Source: Trueperaceae bacterium
Lineage (GTDB): Bacteria; Deinococcota; Deinococci; Deinococcales; Trueperaceae
Reading direction: 5' to 3'
Assembly: GCA_035703635.1 (NCBI GenBank)
Contig: DASSXV010000005.1
Span: forward strand, 10,065 to 74,064
DNA: 64,000 nt
In this document: in pieces, positions 57,647 through 64,000 of the stretch
How the letters are laid out: each line of letters starts with the position of its first letter
Numbering within the stretch: the first letter of the stretch is position 1
The notes under the pieces: model-generated
What the model was told of the DNA's origin: nothing
Seen by the model: the letters and a program-made list of their open reading frames with translations, nothing else
The model's database searches: none
Translations under genes and position numbers: made by a program

Positions 57647-58435
57647 TTACTCGCCTTCCAACCTCGGCACGGTCTCGTCGAAGAACAGGCCGTGCAGCTT
57701 GAGGCGGTAGTCGCTGTTGCGCACTTGGACTTCCAGCCAGGAATACTCGTCCTTGTGGCCGTTTGAGTCGAGCAGCAGGGCGCGACCCTGCGACGCCACG
57801 TTGACGCCGCCGCGCACGGGGGTGTGGCCGTAAACCCCGAGACGGTACGGGGTACCTTCGAGGAAGTCGCGGTCCTCTTGCAGCCAGCGGCGGCGGTTCT
57901 CGAGGTAGAACGCCTGGTCGTAGGTGTTGTGTTCAGGGAGCGGCCCAACGTGCGCGAAGTGCAGGCCCTCGATGGCGAGGTCGTGTGGCCAACTCAGGAT
58001 CCAGTCGCGCAGCTCTTGGTCGAGATCGGCGCCGTAACCTGGTTTCCACTCGAGGTGCGAGACGTCGTCAGTGCGCAGCGGGCCCTGCTCTGGCGTGGCG
58101 GCGTTGAAGTCGTGATTACCTAGCAAGATGACCATGTTGCCTGCGGGCACACGGTCCTGGAAGCCCTTGACGTCGCGAAGGAAGCGCTCCTGCACGGCCT
58201 CTGCGCGCTCAAGGTGGCGCGGGTTGTACTCGTCGTAGCGCCGCACGTTGATGAGGTCGGCGTAGCGTTGGCGGCTCTTGGCGTGCACGAGGTCGCCAAG
58301 CAGCACGAGCTTGGTGTCGGCGGCACGCAATGCGTCGGTTGGGCGGTTGTGCTCGTCGGCGAGGCCTGCCTCGCGGAGCATGCGCCACAGCTTGTCTGGT
58401 TGAACGTGTATGTCGCCGATGACGACGATGCGCAC
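57647..58435 (-). CDS. Calcineurin-like metallophosphoesterase
   Basis: GDIH, LGDLVH, GNHD, GHTP. Confidence 0.85.
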   Translation of the reverse strand: MRIVVIGDIHVQPDKLWRMLREAGLADEHNRPTDALRAADTKLVLLGDLVHAKSRQRYADLINVRRYDEYNPRHLERAEAVQERFLRDVKGFQDRVPAGNMVILLGNHDFNAATPEQGPLRTDDVSHLEWKPGYGADLDQELRDWILSWPHDLAIEGLHFAHVGPLPEHNTYDQAFYLENRRRWLQEDRDFLEGTPYRLGVYGHTPVRGGVNVASQGRALLLDSNGHKDEYSWLEVQVRNSDYRLKLHGLFFDETVPRLEGE

Positions 58436-58459
58436 TGGGTTCAGCTCACTTCTTGGTCG

Positions 58460-59617
58460 TCAACGCGCGGCGTGCGTTTCGAGGTAGGGCAAGGGGTCAA
58501 CCGAGTTGCCGTCGACCCTTATCTCGAAATGGAGGTGCGAACCGGTGGAGTTGCCGGTGCTGCCGACGCGCGCGAGCAGGTCGCCTGCCGCCACCGTCTG
58601 CCCTTCGCTTACGTTGAGGCTGGAGGCGTGGGCGTAGTAGTACTCAATCGCGCCGTTGGTGACGATGACGAGGTTGCCGTAGCCGCCGTGCCAACCAGCG
58701 AAGGTGACGGTGCCTGCCCGGGCGGCCGTGATGGGGTCGCCCGTGTCACCGTCGATGTCTAGGCCGGAGTGGAAGTTGGAGCCGCTGACGCGCAACTGGC
58801 GGTAGCCGTAACGCGAGGTGATGGCGCCGATGAGCGGCCAGCGCATGACGCTCTCGTCGTCGTTCGCGAGCGGCGCGGGGGTGACGGCGCGAGTCGGGGC
58901 GATGTCGGCCCCGGGTAGGATGCGCAACTGCTGCCCTACGAAGAGGGAGTCGCTCTTGAGCGAGTTGGCGCTACGGAGCGCGGCGACCGAGCTGTCGTAG
59001 CGCTGCGCGAGCGCCCACAGCGTGTCGCCCTTGCCAACGACGATGGTCATGGGCACGGGACCGCCTAGGTCCGTGTCCGACGCGGCGTACTGCCCCGGGA
59101 TGTTGAGCTGGGTGCCGACGCGCAGAGTTGCACTCTCGGAGATGTTGTTGGCTGCGGCGATGGCGGCGACGGTGGTGTCGTAGCGCCGCGCGAGAACCCA
59201 GAGCGAGTCACCTACGTTGATCTTGACGACGAGCGGTTCTGGGACCTTGTCACCGACCACGAGCGCCAGTTCCTGGCCAGGGTGGATGAGGGTGCCGTCG
59301 AGGTCGTTGAAGGCGATGAGGTCCTCTACCGAGACGTTGTTGGCTAACGCGATGTCGTACAGGGTATCGCCCGCCATGACCACTACTGAGGTGGCGGCAG
59401 CCGCCTCGTCACCCGGTACCGTGAGGACTTGGCCGGGTTTGAGGGCGTCGGTAGTGAGGCTGTTGAGGGTCCTTATCGTGGCTACATCGGTGTCATAGCG
59501 CCGCGCTATGGCCCAAAGGCTATCGCCCGGTTGCACCGTTATCGTCTTGGCGGAAGCAGCTGCGGTCCCAAGGGCGACCACTGCGAGAAGGGTACGAACG
59601 AAGCCTTGTGGTCGCAT
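58460..59617 (-). CDS. LysM x4 + M23 peptidase
   Basis: Four GDS/TLW-type LysM repeats; HSGLD, YAH, HLHFE. Confidence 0.92.
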   Translation of the reverse strand: MRPQGFVRTLLAVVALGTAAASAKTITVQPGDSLWAIARRYDTDVATIRTLNSLTTDALKPGQVLTVPGDEAAAATSVVVMAGDTLYDIALANNVSVEDLIAFNDLDGTLIHPGQELALVVGDKVPEPLVVKINVGDSLWVLARRYDTTVAAIAAANNISESATLRVGTQLNIPGQYAASDTDLGGPVPMTIVVGKGDTLWALAQRYDSSVAALRSANSLKSDSLFVGQQLRILPGADIAPTRAVTPAPLANDDESVMRWPLIGAITSRYGYRQLRVSGSNFHSGLDIDGDTGDPITAARAGTVTFAGWHGGYGNLVIVTNGAIEYYYAHASSLNVSEGQTVAAGDLLARVGSTGNSTGSHLHFEIRVDGNSVDPLPYLETHAAR

Positions 59618-59790
59618 CGCCGCTAAATCTACCAGAAGTTGCGCGAGCGCGGACAGGAAATAATCTGCAATCGCACACGGCTTTCACCGTGGCGCTCCCG
59701 AAGTCGATTGTCCGGGGCTATGCGTGCCGCCAAACTGAAGGGCCGGCACCCGCCGGGCCGTTGCGGGGGAGGGGGCGGGTGCCTAGCTGA

Positions 59791-59967
59791 TCAGTCGCGC
59801 GGGTCTAGCACTAGGTCGTTCGCCATGCGACCGCCGAGTTCTAGCTGGATGAGGCAGTACCGCTCCGTTTCGATCGCTGTGCTGGTGTTATGGATGACCC
59901 TGATTTCGAGGAGGCGAGCTTCGCGCTTCAGATTGGACGTTGAGAGGGAGGTGATGTCTTCGTTCAT
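59791..59967 (-). CDS. Small hypothetical protein (58 aa, MNEDITSLSTSNLKREARLLEIR...)
   Basis: AGGAG RBS, ATG, downstream hairpin GGCACCCGCC/GGCGGGTGCC; below the ORF-track cutoff. Confidence 0.55.
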   Translation of the reverse strand: MNEDITSLSTSNLKREARLLEIRVIHNTSTAIETERYCLIQLELGGRMANDLVLDPRD

Positions 59968-60099
59968 CCCGGACTCCTAGGGGCGGTGAGGCTACGCTGC
60001 GGTGATGCTAGGCCTGCTCGCGCGGCCTGTGACGTCAAGGTACGCGGGCAACTCTTACGGAACTCTCAAAGCGCGCGACCTCGTGCGGGGGCCTACACC

Positions 60100-60858
60100 C
60101 TAGTTCGCGCTCAGCCGGGTACCGCCGCCCGCGAGGGCTAGTTTCACGCCGTGCGCGTCGCGGCCGTCGGCTATCACCGCGAACGGGGCGCCCATCGTTA
60201 GCGCCGTCAGCGCCGCTTCGACCTTGGGGATCATGCCGCCAGAGATGCGCCCGTCACGTATGCGTTCCTCGACTTGAACGCGTGTGAGGTCAGGCAGGAG
60301 CGTAGCCGGGTCGTTGGGGTCGTCCAGCACACCAGGGACGTTCGTGAGGAAGACGACGCCCTCTCCTAGTGCGCCCGCCACGGCGCCGGCCGCCTCGTCG
60401 CCGTTGACGTTGAGCATGGTGCCATGACTGCCAGCCGCGATGCAGGCGAGCACGGGCACGAGGCCGCCAGCTCGCAGGGCGTTTATGGCGCGTAGGTCGA
60501 CGCCGGTCACGCGGCCGACGAGGCCAAGGTCGGGGTCGCGCACCTCGGCGCTCAGGCTGTTGGCGTCGCGTGCCGTGATGCCGACCGCGCCGCCGATCTC
60601 TTGCGCCAACTCCTTGCCGAGCATGGTCAGCACGCGCTCGACGACGAGCATGGCCGCGTGACTGGTAACGCGGAGCCCGCGCACGAAGCTGTGCTCGAGC
60701 CCGGCCTCGTCTAGGGCGGCCTGGATGAACGGGCCGCCGCCGTGTACGACTACGGGCGGCACGCCGCTCGCCCCCAGGTCGTGGAGGCCAGCGGCCACGG
60801 CGCGGCGCGTTGCTTGGTCGGTCATGGCGTTGCCGCCGTACTTGATGACGATGCTCAC
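60100..60858 (-). CDS. argB: Acetylglutamate kinase
   Basis: IKYGGNAM, VHGGGP, GLRVT, GGMIPKV. Confidence 0.93.
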   Translation of the reverse strand: MSIVIKYGGNAMTDQATRRAVAAGLHDLGASGVPPVVVHGGGPFIQAALDEAGLEHSFVRGLRVTSHAAMLVVERVLTMLGKELAQEIGGAVGITARDANSLSAEVRDPDLGLVGRVTGVDLRAINALRAGGLVPVLACIAAGSHGTMLNVNGDEAAGAVAGALGEGVVFLTNVPGVLDDPNDPATLLPDLTRVQVEERIRDGRISGGMIPKVEAALTALTMGAPFAVIADGRDAHGVKLALAGGGTRLSAN

Positions 60859-60968
60859 GTGGCAAGTCTAATGGCAGCGGTTGGCTGGCGACCAGTGGGT
60901 GTTACATTGCGTCAGGCACGCGAGCGGTGCCCTGCGCGGTGGCGCAGGCCGGGGTGGAGGGCTAAGCA

Positions 60969-62393
60969 GTGGCAGAGTCGCGATTAGACGAGTTGACGTT
61001 CGGCACTGACGGGTGGCGTGCCGTCATCGCCGACGACTTCACGACCAGCAACCTCGGGCGCGTGGCGCAGGCTTACGCTGAGCACCTCGCTAGCCACGGC
61101 CTCGACAACGTGCTCATCGGGTACGACACGCGCTTCATGGGCAGGCGCTTCGCGCTGCTGGTCGCTGAAGTGCTCGCGGGCAACGGCATTGGCGCCAGCG
61201 TAAGCGCCGACTACCTACCCACGCCGGCGCTCTCGTTCGCCGTAAAGCACTACGGTGCAGACGGCGGGGTGATGATCACCGCCTCGCACAACCCAGCCGA
61301 GTATTCCGGCTTCAAGCTCAAGGGGAGTTACGGCGGCGGCGCCTCGGACGCCACCTACCGAGACGTCGCGCGGCGCGCTGCTAACGTGCGGCCCGAGACG
61401 GCCTTGCGTGGCCAACCCGGCGCCGCGCAGACCTTCGACGTGCGGGCCGACTACTACGCGGCCCTCGACGCGCTAGTGGACGTCGAGCTGCTGAGGCGCT
61501 CGGGCGTGCGGCTCGCGCATGACGCCATGGGCGGTGCGGGCGCCGGCTGGCTAGCTGCGTACTTCGAAGGGCGCGGCATGGCCGACCGCCTGACAGAGCT
61601 ACGGGGCCGCCCCGACCCCCTCTTCTACGGCGTCAACCCAGAGCCGATCGCGGCCAACTTGGCTCCCACCCTCGCCTGCATGCGCGGGGCCAACGCCGAC
61701 GGCGTCAGCTTCGCCGTGGCTACGGACGGCGACGCCGATCGCCTCGGCGTGGTCTTGCCTGGCGGGGAGTACTTCAACTCGCACCAGATCTTCGCCGTGC
61801 TCCTCGACGACCTAGCGCGCCGCGGTGGCCGCGGCAGTGTCGTGAAGACGTTCACCGTCAGCCGGCTCGTGGAGCGCCTGGCTCGGGTCCGCGGCATGCG
61901 GGTGATCGAGACGAAGGTCGGCTTCAAGTACGTGGTCGACGCCATGCTGCAAGGTGGCGTGCTCATCGGGGGCGAGGAGTCCGGCGGCATAGGGGTGAGC
62001 GAGCACCTCTTCGAGCGCGACGGGCTCGCCAACGCCCTCCTCCTGGCAGAGGGAGTCGCGGCAACGGGCGTGCCGTTAGCTGAGCGTTTCGCGGCCCTAG
62101 AAGACGAGGCGCAGTGGCGCCACGCGTACGACCGTCTCGACCTGCGCCTTGGCGGCGCCGAGGCCCTCGCCCACGCCGCCGCCGTGCTCGACGACCCACC
62201 GGCGCGACTGGCAGGGCGCCAGGTTACGAGCGTCGAGCGTCTCGACGGCACCAAGTTGAACTTGGCGGACGACGCCTGGGTGCTGGTGCGCGCCAGCGGC
62301 ACCGAGCCGCTGCTGCGCGTCTACTGTGAGGGGCCTGACGCCGCCACCGTAGCTAGCACCTTGGCTGCCGTGCGCGACCTCGTCACACGCTAG
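60969..62393 (+). CDS. Phosphoglucomutase/phosphomannomutase
   Basis: FGTDGWR, TASHNP, DGDADR, GGEESGG, RASGTEP. Confidence 0.92.
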   Translation: MAESRLDELTFGTDGWRAVIADDFTTSNLGRVAQAYAEHLASHGLDNVLIGYDTRFMGRRFALLVAEVLAGNGIGASVSADYLPTPALSFAVKHYGADGGVMITASHNPAEYSGFKLKGSYGGGASDATYRDVARRAANVRPETALRGQPGAAQTFDVRADYYAALDALVDVELLRRSGVRLAHDAMGGAGAGWLAAYFEGRGMADRLTELRGRPDPLFYGVNPEPIAANLAPTLACMRGANADGVSFAVATDGDADRLGVVLPGGEYFNSHQIFAVLLDDLARRGGRGSVVKTFTVSRLVERLARVRGMRVIETKVGFKYVVDAMLQGGVLIGGEESGGIGVSEHLFERDGLANALLLAEGVAATGVPLAERFAALEDEAQWRHAYDRLDLRLGGAEALAHAAAVLDDPPARLAGRQVTSVERLDGTKLNLADDAWVLVRASGTEPLLRVYCEGPDAATVASTLAAVRDLVTR

Positions 62394-63460
62394 AGGGCCA
62401 AGAACTCCTTCGGGCTCTTCGACAGGACTTCGTGCCCGTCCGCCGTGACTAGCGCCAGGTCCTCGATGCGCAGGCCCGTGAAGCCGGGCAGGTAAACGCC
62501 TGGCTCGATCGTCACGATCATGCCTGGCCGCAGCAGCGTGTCGCTCTTCTGGCTCAGGCGGGGTTCCTCGTGGATCACGAGGCCGGTGCCGTGCCCTAGC
62601 GAGTGGGTGAAGTTCTTCTCCAACCCGTGTTTGGCAAGCACCTCGCGTGCGACCTGGTCGACTTCGCGGCCGGTTATGCCCGGCCCGACGGCCGCGAGTG
62701 AGGCGACTTGCGCCTCGAGGACGGCCTCGTACAGTCGGCGCTCCTCCGCACCTACCTGGCCGATCGCCACGGTGCGCGTCATGTCGGCGTGGTAGCCATC
62801 GACGACGGCGCCGAAGTCGAGGGTGACGAGCTCCCCGCTAGCTAGCGGCTTCTGTGAGGCAACGCCGTGCGGCATCGCTCCACGCGGCCCGCTGGCGACG
62901 ATGGTGGTGAACGATGCGCCCTCGGCGCCGTTGCGGCGCATGGCGCTCTCGAGGCAGAGCGCCACTTCCATCTCGGTAACGCCGGGCGCCATCATCTTCA
63001 GGGCCTCCGCGAACGCCAGGTCGGTGACGTGCGCGGCGCGGCGCAGCGCGTCGATCTCGGAAGCCGACTTCACCACGCGCAGGTCAGAGAACGCGCCGTC
63101 GAGGACCACGGGGTCGTAGCCGAGGCGCTTGGCGAGCCCGCGGTATCGCGCCACCGTCATGTTCTCGCCCTCCACCGCCAGGTGGGCGCCGTCAAGGCGC
63201 GCAAGCACGGCGTCGTCGATGCCAGCCACGATGTCCACGTCGATGACGGCCTCTTCGGCCGCTTGCGCCTTGTAACGCGCGTCCGTCAGGAGGGTGGCGC
63301 CGGTCGCGGTCACGAGTACCGCCCCGTCGTCCGGCGAGGAGAAGCGTGAGAGGTAGCGGACGTTGGCTGGGGTGGTGACGAGTAGTGCGCTCGCGTCGAG
63401 GCGGTTTACGCTCTGGCGCAACTTCTCTAGGCGCGTCTGAACCTCTGCTGCTGTGTTCAT
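62390..63460 (-). CDS. Xaa-Pro aminopeptidase (M24B)
   Basis: TDARY, PHG, DFGA..Y.ADMTRT, HSLGHG.G..IHE, EPG, RIED; ATG 63460. Confidence 0.92.
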   Translation of the reverse strand: MNTAAEVQTRLEKLRQSVNRLDASALLVTTPANVRYLSRFSSPDDGAVLVTATGATLLTDARYKAQAAEEAVIDVDIVAGIDDAVLARLDGAHLAVEGENMTVARYRGLAKRLGYDPVVLDGAFSDLRVVKSASEIDALRRAAHVTDLAFAEALKMMAPGVTEMEVALCLESAMRRNGAEGASFTTIVASGPRGAMPHGVASQKPLASGELVTLDFGAVVDGYHADMTRTVAIGQVGAEERRLYEAVLEAQVASLAAVGPGITGREVDQVAREVLAKHGLEKNFTHSLGHGTGLVIHEEPRLSQKSDTLLRPGMIVTIEPGVYLPGFTGLRIEDLALVTADGHEVLSKSPKEFLAL

Positions 63461-64000
63461 GCTGCCGCCTCCGCGATGGCGAGGTAATCGTCTAGTTCGA
63501 GGCTGGCGCCGCCGATCAGGCCGCCGTTTACGTCGGTTTGCGCGAGGAGTTCGCGGGCGTTGCCTGGCTTCATGCTGCCGCCGTACAGGAGGCGCATGTC
63601 CGCGGCCACCTGCGGGTAGAGGCGCTGTAGTTCGCGGCGCATGGCGCTGCCCATGGCGGCGGCGTCCGCGGCCGTGGCGGTCCTGCCAGTGCCGATGGCC
63701 CACACCGGCTCGTACGCCACCACCAGCGACGCGGCGTTTGGCAGGTCGAGGCCGAGCAGCGCACGCGAGAGTTGCGCAAGCACGACGTCCTCAGCCGCGC
63801 CAGAGTCGCGCTCGGCTTGCTTCTCGCCAACGCACACGATCGGCACGAGTCCGTGCTCCAGCGCGCGGCCGGCTTTGGCGTTCACGAGCGCGTCGTCCTC
63901 GGCGTGGTACGCGCGGCGCTCGGAGTGGCCGACGACCACGTAGCGCACTCCCAGGTCGGCGAGCATGGCGGCCGATACCTCGCCCGTGTATGCGCCCTCG
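63457..64000 (-). CDS. tpiA: Triosephosphate isomerase (5' end outside the window)
   Basis: GAYTGEVS, GHSERR, AYEPVWAIGTG, YGGS, GGASL. Confidence 0.96.
   Translation of the reverse strand, partial: EGAYTGEVSAAMLADLGVRYVVVGHSERRAYHAEDDALVNAKAGRALEHGLVPIVCVGEKQAERDSGAAEDVVLAQLSRALLGLDLPNAASLVVAYEPVWAIGTGRTATAADAAAMGSAMRRELQRLYPQVAADMRLLYGGSMKPGNARELLAQTDVNGGLIGGASLELDDYLAIAEAAA

Overview
High-GC bacterial chromosome, most likely Deinococcota (Trueperaceae-like); this is inferred from the PilA4-type pilin N-terminus, a Taq-like PolA and many apparently leaderless genes. Positions 1 to ~14.6 kb are the right end of a siphovirus-type prophage: neck and tail genes, tape measure, tail tip and fibre genes, a lysis cassette and a two-gene membrane-protein cargo. 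It abuts the 3' end of a tRNA-Arg(ACG)/Ser(GCT)/Ser(TGA) cluster, the probable integration site. The most striking element lies between the tail and lysis genes: a complete type IV major-pilin gene transcribed divergently from an AbrB-wHTH-wHTH regulator and separated from the endolysin by three tandem intrinsic terminators. It is a candidate prophage system for replacing or masking the pilus receptor (superinfection exclusion). The lysis cassette has no lipoprotein spanin but encodes a small outer-membrane beta-barrel-like protein, a periplasmic coiled-coil protein and two micro-ORFs. The rest of the window is mostly housekeeping (glmM, polA, fabI, trpEGD with a Trp leader candidate, pdxS, PBP1A, ppa, trmH, ZntA/ArsR, ppc, argB, PMM, PepQ, tpiA). 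Two host modules deserve a second look: ExbB-ExbD with a TonB-like/DUF3048 fusion, and a sAC-like STAND cyclase / subtilase lipoprotein / SulP-STAS-cNMP cluster. All calls come from reading motifs by eye; no database searches were run.
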